A stretch of 64,000 nucleotides of DNA. Origin: Nitrospirota bacterium. GTDB lineage: Bacteria > Nitrospirota > Nitrospiria > Nitrospirales > Nitrospiraceae. This document shows positions 48,982-59,031 of this stretch, piece by piece; the stretch's first letter is position 1, and every line of letters begins with the position of its first letter. The notes beneath the pieces are model-generated. The model saw nothing but the letters and a program-made list of their open reading frames with translations, did not search any database and was not told where the DNA came from. Both the position numbers and the translations under genes were made by a program. The stretch covers positions 1-64,000 of the forward strand of contig CAVPGK010000021.1 of NCBI GenBank assembly GCA_963703955.1, read 5' to 3'.

Positions 48982-49158
48982 ATGTGGAATCAGGACTGGT
49001 TCAAGGAAGATGATTACGACGCCGATGACCTGGGCCGATTCCCGCAGGGCGTCGGCTTTCCCGGCGCACAGTCAGCCGACTGGGGCTGGGCGCAACACAT
49101 GCTGGCATCTCTGGCCGAAAACGGACGAGCCGCGATCGTCATCGACACCGCGGGCTAA
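48982..49158 (+). pseudogene. hsdM: Internal fragment of a type I R-M methyltransferase subunit
   Basis: MWNQ...GRFP...SADWGWAQHMLASLAENGRAAIVIDT. Confidence 0.7.
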
Positions 49159-49267
49159 AGTGGGGCAGTTCTCTTTTTGAGCAACAAAGCTATCTCACTT
49201 TACCTGACTGCAATTCAGCAGCATACGATCCTGATAGACTTTGGCCCCGAATAAGTCGCGCTTTTAG

Positions 49268-50854
49268 GTGTCGTCAAGGATGCCCCACGAATACAAGACT
49301 CTCCCGCTCGCTGTCTGGAAGCCAATGGCTCAACTTTTCAAGAGAATTTCCGGTTCTACGATTGCGAGCGTTTTGATCCTCATCTGTCTGATCAGCATCC
49401 CGGAGTACATCGTCCAGGGATTGTCGCTGTTTCGTCTCGACGAAGCGGGATACGGAGACAGCTACATCCTCTACGATGTGCTCCAGTTCCAGAAAACCGG
49501 TAGGATCTATCGAAACCTGGCAGAGCCGCCCTTTTTGCCGGCGCAGTACAGCCCTCTCGTTTATGTGCTCTACTCACTTCCAGGGCGCGTGGCGAGTTGG
49601 GAGAATCTCTTCGTGGCGCCGCGGCTGGTCGCGATTGCCGCATTCCTTGCCTGCATCTGTCTGATTACATCCATTGTCCGTGTTCTCTTTCGTTCAGGCC
49701 TGGTTTGGGTCTGGGGTCTTCTCCTTCCGTTTTCAATCCGCCTTATACCCCTCTGGATTCTTCAGCTGCGTGGCGACTTTCCGGGGCTCGCTCTCAGTCT
49801 GCTTGCGATTCGCTTCCTGTTATCCGACTCTCGCTGGGCGGTGCCGCTTGCCGCGGTGTGTGCAGGATTGGCAGTACAAGTAAAGTTCACATTCGTCGCT
49901 GCGGCCTCAGCAGGGGCTGCATGGCTGCTGGTTCAAAGACGATGGCGAGACCTCGCTCGATTTATCGCGTTCTTTGCGGTCTCATCCATGGGCCTGTTTC
50001 TTCTCTATTCTCTGCGTGAGCCAGGGATGATTTCACAAATGCTCTCCCTGTCTCCCGGTGTCAGAAACGTCGGCGGAAACGTGGTGCTCATGAATAAGGT
50101 AGCCGGCGAACTCGTGATACTTCTGAGCCTGGTCGGTCTGGCAAGTATGGAATGGCGCGCGTCGGCAAAGGAAACCCTCCTGGCTCTCTATCTTGCAACA
50201 TCCTTCATGGTTGCCGCCGTGACGGCCGTTCAGGCAGGTGCGAATACCAACTACTATTGGGAAACGCTCTTCGCTTCCATCCCCTTTGCTGTGCTCGGAG
50301 TGTTGCGGCTGATGGAACTGGCAGGACGGCATACGGCGCTGGGGCCGGCACTGGCTGTCTTCCTTTTCATTCATTCCCTCTTTCCTGTCGCGATGAGCGC
50401 GTATGAAGGCGTCCCAACGCTCAAAAAGGGATGGGCGGAATCCGGCGACGATGAAATGCGCAAACTGAGCCAGGTTCTGGCAGGCTCGCGCATGTTCTCA
50501 TCGTTTCCGCGTCTGGCTCTCCTTGACCCCAATCCTCCCTTGACGGAACCTTTCCTTCTGTCCTACCTTCACCGCCTCGGGAAAGTGGATCTGGGACCCT
50601 TCACACAGCCTCTCCTCAGACGCGAATATGATGTTGTGATTACCTATGATTCGCCGCGCGTCTATCGCAATGTCAACCAGTTAGACCCGGAACTGCGTAG
50701 CGCCATCGCGAGTTCGTACAAGCCGTATTGCACGTTCCACCATGGCCTGTTCCACTTCCCGGATGGTGTGGATCCGTCCACGAGCATCCTGAAGGGGCGC
50801 TTGAGAGAGATTGGTTGCTCGCCGGTTTCCGACGAAGGCACGAAGAACTGGTAG
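49268..50854 (+). CDS. Polytopic membrane protein, GT-C-like glycosyltransferase candidate
   Basis: About 11 TM helices; QYSPLVY, LRGD motifs; periplasmic tail. Confidence 0.65.
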   Translation: MSSRMPHEYKTLPLAVWKPMAQLFKRISGSTIASVLILICLISIPEYIVQGLSLFRLDEAGYGDSYILYDVLQFQKTGRIYRNLAEPPFLPAQYSPLVYVLYSLPGRVASWENLFVAPRLVAIAAFLACICLITSIVRVLFRSGLVWVWGLLLPFSIRLIPLWILQLRGDFPGLALSLLAIRFLLSDSRWAVPLAAVCAGLAVQVKFTFVAAASAGAAWLLVQRRWRDLARFIAFFAVSSMGLFLLYSLREPGMISQMLSLSPGVRNVGGNVVLMNKVAGELVILLSLVGLASMEWRASAKETLLALYLATSFMVAAVTAVQAGANTNYYWETLFASIPFAVLGVLRLMELAGRHTALGPALAVFLFIHSLFPVAMSAYEGVPTLKKGWAESGDDEMRKLSQVLAGSRMFSSFPRLALLDPNPPLTEPFLLSYLHRLGKVDLGPFTQPLLRREYDVVITYDSPRVYRNVNQLDPELRSAIASSYKPYCTFHHGLFHFPDGVDPSTSILKGRLREIGCSPVSDEGTKNW

Positions 50855-51011
50855 TTAAGTGCTATAGGCATCCTGATACCAAGATGTTAGAGTTACTGCC
50901 ACTTCTGAACCTGCGTTTGCTGGAAGTCTGAAACGAAGCTTCTACATACGATTGGTTTGTCATCTCCTTCTGTTAGGTGTCGAAAAGCAGCTGAGAGCAG
51001 AATGGTGAACC

Positions 51012-52022
51012 ATGCGAAAAGTCGTCACAGCCACCTCTGCAACGCAAGCCAGGAGGCTGCCTCCTCTTTTCTTCTTGGGCAGCCTCATGATCGTATTCGG
51101 CCTCGGTGTGTATTTCTTCGGCATCGTCTTCTCGATGTTCCGCCTGATCTTCCAGTTGGGAGAACCGTTCTATACGTGGAACACGATGATTCTGTGGTAT
51201 AGCGGTCTTCCTACCACACTGGGCGTTTGTCTCGCAGGTCTTGATCTGGCCCTGCTGTTTCCCGCAAAGCGCAGAGAGTCGCGGCGAAGGATTCTCGCTC
51301 CCGTTCTGGACAGACACGTGGTCGTGGCGCTGACAGCCTACAATGACGAAAAGAGCATAGGGCTTGCGGTGGCGGATTTCGTGAGCCACCCACTAGTAAA
51401 GCGCGTCATCGTTGTCGACAACAACAGCCGTGATCGGACTTCCGAAGCTGCCATGGAAGCGGGAGCCCGTGTCGTTGTGGAAAAAGAACCGGGATATGGA
51501 CGATGCGTCTATAGATGCTTCAAGGAAGCCCTGAGCGAAGACGGCGAATTGATCGTTCTCTGCGAGGGCGATATGACCTTCCGCGCCGGCGACATTGACA
51601 AACTGCTGGCCTATGTCGACCATGCCGATGTCGTGAATGGCACGCGTATCGTCGAGCAACTGCGGGATTACTCCACGCAGTTATCGACGTTCATGTATTA
51701 CGGCAACTTCTTTGTGGGAAAGTTGCTGGAACTGAAGCATCTGGGACGCGGCACATTCACGGACATCGGAACAACCTATAAGCTGCTCCGGAGAGACAGT
51801 CTTGTGCGTCTGATGCCGCAACTGAATCCGGCGGTCAATATGGAGTTCAATGCGCACTTTCTCGACACGGCTCTTGGAAGCGGCGAAAGGCTCGTCGAGT
51901 GTCCGATTACGTTTCACCCCAGAGTGGGTGTAAGCAAGGGCGGCAATGTGAATAATGGGCGTGCACTGAAAGTCGGACTCCGGATGATCCTGGGCTTGTG
52001 CTTTGGATGGCCTACCCCATGA
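51012..52022 (+). CDS. GT2 (DPM/GtrB-like) glycosyltransferase with N-terminal TM helices
   Basis: TAYNDE, VVDNNSRDRT, GYG, EGD motifs. Confidence 0.88.
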   Translation: MRKVVTATSATQARRLPPLFFLGSLMIVFGLGVYFFGIVFSMFRLIFQLGEPFYTWNTMILWYSGLPTTLGVCLAGLDLALLFPAKRRESRRRILAPVLDRHVVVALTAYNDEKSIGLAVADFVSHPLVKRVIVVDNNSRDRTSEAAMEAGARVVVEKEPGYGRCVYRCFKEALSEDGELIVLCEGDMTFRAGDIDKLLAYVDHADVVNGTRIVEQLRDYSTQLSTFMYYGNFFVGKLLELKHLGRGTFTDIGTTYKLLRRDSLVRLMPQLNPAVNMEFNAHFLDTALGSGERLVECPITFHPRVGVSKGGNVNNGRALKVGLRMILGLCFGWPTP

Positions 52023-52657
52023 CGCGAGAAATGTACTTTAAGACGCGGTTCGTGCAGGACGCACAACGCGATGTCCTCTGGCAGACTCTTTGTCGCTACT
52101 ACTTCAGCCATCGGATTAACCCTGACGATTGCGTGCTGGAACTTGGCGCGGGATATGCCTGCTTTATCAATGCCGTCGTCGCCAAGCGAAGAATCGCTGT
52201 CGATTCATGGGATGGTTTCACCAAACATCTGGTATCCGGTGTGGAAGGCCACGTCGGTGACGTGACCGATCTCGGATTTCTAAAGCCTTCATCCGTGAAT
52301 TTCGTTTTCGCCAGTAACCTCTTCGAGCACGTCAGCCAGGAGGCCTTCGCCTTGGTGTTGCAACAACTGAAGACTGCGCTGGCGCGCGGCGGAACTCTGA
52401 ATATCCTGCAGCCCAACTACTATTACGCATATCGGGAGTACTTCGACGATTACACCCACCGCACCGTATATACCCACAAGAGCATTTGTGATTTTCTGGA
52501 AGCATATGGCTACAAGGTAATGGAATGCCATCCGCGATTCCTGCCACTCACGGTGAAATCCCGGTTACCTGTCTCACCGATACTGATACGACTTTATCTG
52601 TCCCTTCCCTGGAAGCCGATGGGGAAGCAGATGTTCATTCGCGCAAGGGTGAAGTGA
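52019..52657 (+). CDS. Class I SAM-dependent methyltransferase
   Basis: VLELGAG, SNLFEH, FDDYTH; ATGA overlap. Confidence 0.88.
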   Translation: MTREMYFKTRFVQDAQRDVLWQTLCRYYFSHRINPDDCVLELGAGYACFINAVVAKRRIAVDSWDGFTKHLVSGVEGHVGDVTDLGFLKPSSVNFVFASNLFEHVSQEAFALVLQQLKTALARGGTLNILQPNYYYAYREYFDDYTHRTVYTHKSICDFLEAYGYKVMECHPRFLPLTVKSRLPVSPILIRLYLSLPWKPMGKQMFIRARVK

Positions 52658-53072
52658 AGAACGCCGGGCTCACGCGTAGTGAGACCCGGGATAGAGCAGT
52701 TCATCCTAGCGTTTGGAGATCGTGTTTACCGCCTGGCATACAAGCACCTGCGGCCAGAGGAGTACAGCCTGCTGGTCAGGCTGCCCCACTACAGCCGTAG
52801 GATCAGCCAGGAAGCGCATAGGACCGTCCTTCGCACCGATCCCCGAGAGGCGGTCATTTTCAAAAGTTGTGCGGGAGGGATAAACGCCACTGAGACGGTG
52901 GTGGCTGGGGGAGCGCTGCCCCCGGCCTCCCACCATCCCTTGAATGCCGGCGCCCCGCGCAGGTTGCGGCTGGGTTGCGGAGTTGCGGACAGGTGGCTAA
53001 GGTATGACGCAACCTGCCCACTGCCTGACACACAAGATGTTGTGGAACCAAGCACTTAGGGTGGACTACTAT

Positions 53073-53114
53073 CAGTTTTGCAGACTGCTCCCTTAGCCAC
53101 TTGGGTACGGCGCC
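53073..53114 (-). tRNA. 5' half of tRNA-Cys (att duplicate)
   Basis: Identical to 45806-45847; diverges at the last anticodon-stem base. Confidence 0.92.
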
Positions 53115-53122
53115 TTGACGGC

Positions 53123-53152
53123 ATTATAGCGAGCCGTCCCGCTACAACTCAA
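53123..53152 (-). promoter_or_regulatory. Native tRNA-Cys promoter, now upstream of the 5' fragment
   Basis: TTGAGT-18bp-TATAAT ending 8 bp before tRNA G1. Confidence 0.75.
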
Positions 53153-53220
53153 GGCGAGTACCTGCCCACCTCTCCTGCAGAGGCAATGGTATTGAGGTTG
53201 AAATCAGAAGGTTGAAAAGT

Positions 53221-54420
53221 CTACCGCTTGTTGGGAAGGACGGGGATTTCTCGAGTCGAGGACGACTGTGTGCTTGTCAATGACACCGGCTGTTCGGGGT
53301 ACCTTTTTCCACCATGAAGTGATGGGGCCGATTCGATCTGGTCAGAATCCTCCGCTTCTTTCTCTTTCGCCAAAATTTCGACTTCCTGAATCAGTGTCTC
53401 CATCAACTCTTCGGAGGGCACCTTGCGCAAAAGCTTGCCCTTCTTGAAAAGAATCCCGACACCTTCGCCGCCCGCGATGCCGATATCCGCTTCCTTCCCC
53501 TCGCCGATGCCGTTGACCACGCAGCCTAACACCGAGACGTTCAACGGGGCTCTGATGTGGCCGAGGCGCTTCTCCAACTCGTTCGCCAGGCGGACCACAT
53601 CGATCTCCACTCGGCCGCAGGTGGGGCAGGCGATCACGTTGATCCCGCGGTGGCGCAGTTCCAGCGACTTCAGAATTTCAAATCCGACCTTGACCTCTTC
53701 CACGGGGTCGGCCGCCAACGAGACACGGAGCGTATCACCGATGCCTTGCGACAGCAGCCAGCCGATGCCGATGGCCGATTTCACCGAGCCGGTCAGAATC
53801 GTACCGGCTTCGGTGATCCCCAAATGGAGCGGGAAATTGGACTGCTGCGAGAACAGCCAGTAGGCATCGACCGCCATGTGCACGTCAGACGCTTTCAGCG
53901 ACACTTTCATGTTGGTAAAGCCCACGTCCTCAAGCGCGTGCACGGCGTTCAGCGCAGATTCCGCCAGGGCTTCAGCCGTCGGATAGCCATATTTGTCGAG
54001 CAGGTGTCTCTCTAACGACCCGCCGTTTACGCCGATGCGTAAAGGAATCCCCCGGTCATTGACCGCCCTGATGACCTCGGCGGTCTTCCACCACGCACCG
54101 ATATTGCCCGGATTGATGCGCACGCAATCAACCACTTCGGCCGCCTTCAACGCCAGCCTATGGTCGAAATGAATATCGGAGATCAGCGGCACGGTCATCT
54201 GCGCCTTGATTTTGGGCAGCGCGTTGGCAGCCTCCATGTCCGGCACCGCCACGCGGATGACCTCGCAGCCAGCCTCCTCTAAACGGCGAATCTGCTCGAC
54301 CGTCGCCTTGATGTCGCGAGTGTCGGTAGTCGTCATGGATTGGACGGAGACTGGCGCGTCCCCTCCGATCTTGACCTTGCCGACCTTGATCTGTCTGGTT
54401 TTTCGCCGCGTGATGTACAT
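53221..54420 (-). CDS. ispG: HMBPP synthase
   Basis: VQSMT, DIHF, RINPGN, ACPTCGR, GCVVNG. Confidence 0.97.
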   Translation of the reverse strand: MYITRRKTRQIKVGKVKIGGDAPVSVQSMTTTDTRDIKATVEQIRRLEEAGCEVIRVAVPDMEAANALPKIKAQMTVPLISDIHFDHRLALKAAEVVDCVRINPGNIGAWWKTAEVIRAVNDRGIPLRIGVNGGSLERHLLDKYGYPTAEALAESALNAVHALEDVGFTNMKVSLKASDVHMAVDAYWLFSQQSNFPLHLGITEAGTILTGSVKSAIGIGWLLSQGIGDTLRVSLAADPVEEVKVGFEILKSLELRHRGINVIACPTCGRVEIDVVRLANELEKRLGHIRAPLNVSVLGCVVNGIGEGKEADIGIAGGEGVGILFKKGKLLRKVPSEELMETLIQEVEILAKEKEAEDSDQIESAPSLHGGKRYPEQPVSLTSTQSSSTREIPVLPNKR

Positions 54421-54441
54421 GCTCGTAGAGCTATCTTATTC

Positions 54442-56418
54442 TTAACTGCCCTGTTCATCGCCCTCGGATTGACTTCTCGCTCCAGGAACCACGGTGAACA
54501 ACTGGTTCCGGGCAGCGGTAGTCGGACGTGCTTTTGGCTCGGAGGATATCTGGTCCAGCAACGCTTTTGCGCTTTCGTAGATGCCTTCCGCCGTCAAGCC
54601 ATATCGTTCGCGCAGCAAATCCTGCGGTCCTTGCTCGATGTACCAATCCGGGAGCCCGACGATTTTCGTCGGCAGGTGCGTGACGCCTTGGTCGGACAGC
54701 GCTTCTAACACCGCTGATCCGAATCCGCCCATGCGAGCTCCTTCTTCCACCGTCAGTAGACACCGTACACCCTTGGCCACGTCGCCGATCAGAGCGGTAT
54801 CGAGCGGCTTCACAAATCGCCCATTCACGACCGCAGCGGAGATCCCTTCCTGCTCCAATCGTTCCGCCGCCTTGACGGCGGGCCAAACCGTCACGCCGAT
54901 GGCGACAATCGCGATGTCGCTTCCCGGCCTGAGGATCTCGCCTTTTCCGACAGGCAACGCGACCGGCTCCGGGTCCATCTGGACCCCGAGGCTCGTTCCG
55001 CGGGGATACCGCACCGATGCCGGTCCCTCGCAGCGCAGACAGGTCTTGATCATGTGCTGCAGTTCATTCTCATCCTTTGGCGCCATGACGATCATGTTGG
55101 GGACATGACGCAGGTAGGCAAAATCAAACGCGCCATGATGCGTCGTCCCATCCTCGGCTACCAGCCCGCCGCGATCAATGCAGAACGTGACCGGCAAATT
55201 CTGGGTGGCGACGTCATGGACGACCTGATCATACGCTCGCTGCAGGAAGGTGGCGTACATGGCCACGACCGGCCGCATGCCTTGCGCCGCAAGGCCGCCG
55301 GCGAAGGTGACCGCATGCTGCTCCGCAATGCCCACATCGTACAGGCGGTCGGGAAATTCCTTTTCAAAAGCCGTCAGTCCGGTTCCTTCGCACATAGCTG
55401 CCGTGATCGCCACGATCCGCTTGTCTTGCCTGGCCAATTTGGCCAGCGTGTTCATGGCAATGGCGGTGTAGGTCGGACGCGGCGACTTCTTGGCCGGCTT
55501 GCCGGTTTCGCGCTCGAACGCCGGGCAGGCGTGAAACCAGACGGGGTCTTGCATCGCCGGTCCGAATCCCAGGCCTTTCCTCGTAATGATGTGCAACAGG
55601 GTCGGACCTTTGAGTTTGAGGACGTTCTGGAGAGTCGGCAGGAGATGTTGGAAGTCGTGACCGTCGATCGGACCCACATAGCGGAACCCGAGTTCTTCGA
55701 ACAGCAACCCCGGAAGAATGAGCCCCTTCGCCAACTCCTCGGCCCGCCGGGCCATCTTCTGCATGGGCTCACCAATTTGAGGAATCGAGCGTAGAAACTG
55801 TCCGGTTTCCTCCCGGATGCGCGTGTAGAACTCGCCGGTGAACGTCCGATTCAAATACGACGAGATGGCTCCCACGTTCTTGGAAATGGACATCTGGTTG
55901 TCGTTCAGGATGACGAGAAAGTCCTTGCCCAAGCCACCGGCGTGGTGCAACCCTTCGAGGGTCATTCCCGCCGTCATGGCCCCATCGCCGACGACGCACG
56001 CGACCTTATGCGATTGCCCGAGTTGCTCTCGGGCTTCGACCATGCCGATGGCCGCGGACACGCCGGTGCCTGCATGGCCGGCATTAAAGGTGTCGTACTC
56101 GCTCTCTTCGCGCTTGCAGAACCCGCTCAATCCACCATACTGCCGAAGTGTGTGAAATCGCTCGCGACGTCCAGTGAGCAGCTTGTGCGTATAGGCCTGA
56201 TTGCTGGTATCCCAGACAATCTTGTCCTTGGGGGTATCCAGCAGATAATGCAGAGCCACAGTCAACTCCACGACCCCGAGATTTGAAGCAAGATGGCCCC
56301 CAACATTGGAGACCACGGAGATGATCTGTTCACGGATCTCCTGGGAGAGGGTCGGAAATTGTGCCGGAGACAGCCGTTTCAGATCATCTGGGCTATGAAT
56401 AGTTTTCAACAACGACAT
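54442..56418 (-). CDS. dxs: 1-deoxy-D-xylulose-5-phosphate synthase
   Basis: GGHLASNLGVVEL, GDGAMT, VGIAEQHA, IDRGG. Confidence 0.97.
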   Translation of the reverse strand: MSLLKTIHSPDDLKRLSPAQFPTLSQEIREQIISVVSNVGGHLASNLGVVELTVALHYLLDTPKDKIVWDTSNQAYTHKLLTGRRERFHTLRQYGGLSGFCKREESEYDTFNAGHAGTGVSAAIGMVEAREQLGQSHKVACVVGDGAMTAGMTLEGLHHAGGLGKDFLVILNDNQMSISKNVGAISSYLNRTFTGEFYTRIREETGQFLRSIPQIGEPMQKMARRAEELAKGLILPGLLFEELGFRYVGPIDGHDFQHLLPTLQNVLKLKGPTLLHIITRKGLGFGPAMQDPVWFHACPAFERETGKPAKKSPRPTYTAIAMNTLAKLARQDKRIVAITAAMCEGTGLTAFEKEFPDRLYDVGIAEQHAVTFAGGLAAQGMRPVVAMYATFLQRAYDQVVHDVATQNLPVTFCIDRGGLVAEDGTTHHGAFDFAYLRHVPNMIVMAPKDENELQHMIKTCLRCEGPASVRYPRGTSLGVQMDPEPVALPVGKGEILRPGSDIAIVAIGVTVWPAVKAAERLEQEGISAAVVNGRFVKPLDTALIGDVAKGVRCLLTVEEGARMGGFGSAVLEALSDQGVTHLPTKIVGLPDWYIEQGPQDLLRERYGLTAEGIYESAKALLDQISSEPKARPTTAARNQLFTVVPGARSQSEGDEQGS

Positions 56419-56597
56419 ACAGTCTTCTCCTCGTAAGGTGGCGGCTTAGCCTTCTGAGCTTATGAATGAAGTAGCTTGCTGACAGGGGTTCTTCGCAGGT
56501 ATGGGGTAGTTGACTAAGCTTCCGGCTAGTTTCCCACAGATTGTTTGTCATGTCAAGCACTTAGGCCAAGATCTTTAGACCGGCCTAGCTAATAGGG

Positions 56598-57629
56598 TCA
56601 CCGAGGAAACCGATAGGTGACGACGGTGGACAGGGTAAAATCAGCCGCCGCTCCCGTGATCAAATCTACATTCTGAATCCCATAGACCTGCCAGAGCAGA
56701 TTGTTCCGGAGGCGATAGTTGAACCCTGCGGCGACTTCAGTGACACCCCGATCTAGGACCTTGATACCGGTTCCATAGTAAGGACTTGAATAATAATCAA
56801 ATTGTGCGGTGATGGAGAACCGCGGCGACCAGAGATACTCGAGCCCGACGAGGCTCGTTATGAACGGTTGCAGTGTCAGACCCTCCACCTTACCTGTGGG
56901 AAAAACACCATTGACGTTGCCATAAAAAACCAGGGTCGACCGAACCGCCTTTTCGATCGCCAGCCCGATTCCGAGATCGACCTCGCCGCTCCCGAACAGT
57001 TGGCTAGAGTTTCCGGTGGGCGCCTTGACTGCAACACGTAAGGACACGGCAGGGAGACGTTCGGTCTGGGACAGGAGCAGATACTTACCGTGCAGCGAAA
57101 TATCGCTCAATCCGAACTGATCCTCCCCTCCCGCAAACAGCGTCTGGCCGTTTTTACTGACGTTGTACGCGTATCCGATCCCTTGCAAGGCCTGCCGGGT
57201 TCCGGACAACCCGCTTGTGGCTCGTTCAACCGCGGTGATGAGCCCGTTCAGCGCCCCTCCGCCGTACCGATAGATAGCCGGGATCTCAAGCCCAACTTCC
57301 AGGCGGTTGGTGAGCCCATAACGAAGGAACAGCGCCGAGCGCTCCGTCTCCAGATTCATCGTCGTCCGTACAAGCGCGAAGAAGGGTGGGTTTGTCTCCT
57401 CACTGGCGATCATATTCGTCACCGCCAACTCGACCCGAACATCCAGCGTGCCTTTCTTGAGGACAGCCGCCGGAGCTCCGGGCATGTTCAAAAACAAGAG
57501 CTGCAGGGGTTGGAAATTCCTGACCGGAAGCGGGCCGAATCCCTCGGCTTCTGCCTCGGCTTGGTGAGCACCGACGAGCACAAGGAGAACGGCCACAGTC
57601 GCCGCCCAAGCGAGTTTCAGACGACTCAT
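56598..57629 (-). CDS. Outer-membrane beta-barrel-like protein (DUF3187-like)
   Basis: Signal peptide; GPLPVRN; alternating beta strands; C-terminal YRF. Confidence 0.7.
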   Translation of the reverse strand: MSRLKLAWAATVAVLLVLVGAHQAEAEAEGFGPLPVRNFQPLQLLFLNMPGAPAAVLKKGTLDVRVELAVTNMIASEETNPPFFALVRTTMNLETERSALFLRYGLTNRLEVGLEIPAIYRYGGGALNGLITAVERATSGLSGTRQALQGIGYAYNVSKNGQTLFAGGEDQFGLSDISLHGKYLLLSQTERLPAVSLRVAVKAPTGNSSQLFGSGEVDLGIGLAIEKAVRSTLVFYGNVNGVFPTGKVEGLTLQPFITSLVGLEYLWSPRFSITAQFDYYSSPYYGTGIKVLDRGVTEVAAGFNYRLRNNLLWQVYGIQNVDLITGAAADFTLSTVVTYRFPR

Positions 57630-57646
57630 GCTTCGCGGGTGCTCAG

Positions 57647-58846
57647 CTAGAAGGGAAAATCAAGTCCGGCAAAGACCGCGCCTCCTTCGCTGCTGTAGCC
57701 ATAATCGATCCGCCCGACCATACTCGGCCTGACCAATCCGCGAAAACCGATGCCCGGCGTGACTTCATAGTCGCGGAGCGGTCGCTTACTGAACGCGTTA
57801 AAGACTTTGCCCATATCGACGAAGGGCGCGATTTCAAAATCGGCTGCCACGTTAAAAATCTTGGTTCGCATCACGTGAATGCGTTCTTCAATGTTCAGCA
57901 CCACCAGATGGTCGTCGATAAACCGGTCCACACCATAGCCTCGAAGGTTATTCTGCCCACCGAGTGAGCTTAGTTCATAAAAGGGCACCTGACTCCCGAA
58001 TGTCAATTGCATCTCGCCGCGCACCACGAGGATCATCCGCTTCGACTCGCTCGGAAACAGCTTTTTGACCTCGAGCCCATACCGGTAGTACAACGGATTG
58101 TCCCCGTTGCTGAAATTTTGATTCAGTTCTGCGTAGGCGGTGAATCGAGTCCCGGCCGTCGGCGTCACCAAACTGTCGCGGGTATCGTAATAGAACGTGA
58201 CCCGACTGCCCAGAATCGAAGCCCCGTCCATTCCGGCCACCTGCGGAAACACCTGGGCAGAGAACGGCAGGTCGGGCACGATGCCTGGCTCGACACGCAC
58301 GTCGCGATACCGTTGACCTACCGAGACTTGCGTCACCTCATTGAGATGCAAACCGAATCTCCAACTGGCACGAATTTCTCTGGCCGTATAGTTCGTCTGA
58401 TCGCTTAACGTCGTCTGTTGGCTGATCCCGAAGAAACGTGACGTCGCATTCTTGAAGAACGAACCGCCGACATCGAATGCGTATCGGCCATGGCTGAAGG
58501 CAGGGTCCGAGTAACTGAGGACAAGCTTCCGCTCGATTTTTTCCGAATACGATCCGATGAATACGAACTGCCGCCCCCCTGGCTCGTACTTGAACAGATT
58601 GAAGGACCCTCGGGCGCCCACGAACGAATTCACGATGAACATCGGGGCGACGAGGTACTTAAGCTCTCCGTCCGGGGCCGTCTTAAGAATCGGCACGATG
58701 AATCCGGCATCATTGCCGTCATTTTTGCTGGTCGAGACGGAAGGAATCGGAAAGTACGACGTATCGGCGCGAGTCGGCTTGACACTACCGAGAACACAGG
58801 CAAGTGCCACGAGAAGAGACAGGAAGACGCGCAAGCCCGCAGGCAT
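57647..58846 (-). CDS. BamA/TamA (Omp85) family barrel-only protein (start approximate)
   Basis: LGGQNNLRGY; C-terminal GLDFPF; no POTRA region. Confidence 0.82.
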   Translation of the reverse strand: MPAGLRVFLSLLVALACVLGSVKPTRADTSYFPIPSVSTSKNDGNDAGFIVPILKTAPDGELKYLVAPMFIVNSFVGARGSFNLFKYEPGGRQFVFIGSYSEKIERKLVLSYSDPAFSHGRYAFDVGGSFFKNATSRFFGISQQTTLSDQTNYTAREIRASWRFGLHLNEVTQVSVGQRYRDVRVEPGIVPDLPFSAQVFPQVAGMDGASILGSRVTFYYDTRDSLVTPTAGTRFTAYAELNQNFSNGDNPLYYRYGLEVKKLFPSESKRMILVVRGEMQLTFGSQVPFYELSSLGGQNNLRGYGVDRFIDDHLVVLNIEERIHVMRTKIFNVAADFEIAPFVDMGKVFNAFSKRPLRDYEVTPGIGFRGLVRPSMVGRIDYGYSSEGGAVFAGLDFPF

Positions 58847-59031
58847 TCGGGACACAACGCAGGATCGTTGCAGAATATTGAACCGCACCAACACCGTCGC
58901 GCTCGGTTGGTCACATCTCCTTGTCGATCGAGCGACCCTGCAGGCGATTCGAGTGCCTGTCACACCACCGCATCTGGGCAGCTATGCGGCCGAATCGGGA
59001 GCCCAGAGCAGCTAGACCAACCGTGGAACAC

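Larger units (their letters stand above)
45806..53116. mobile_element. 7.3-kb genomic island integrated at tRNA-Cys
   Basis: 44-bp exact direct repeat at 45806-45849 and 53073-53116; adjacent integrase; ggttgcg arm repeats inside both ends. Confidence 0.92.

Noticed and set aside
52679..53059. 126-aa ORF at the island right end
   Set aside because: Runs through the att arm repeats; at most a truncated gene stub
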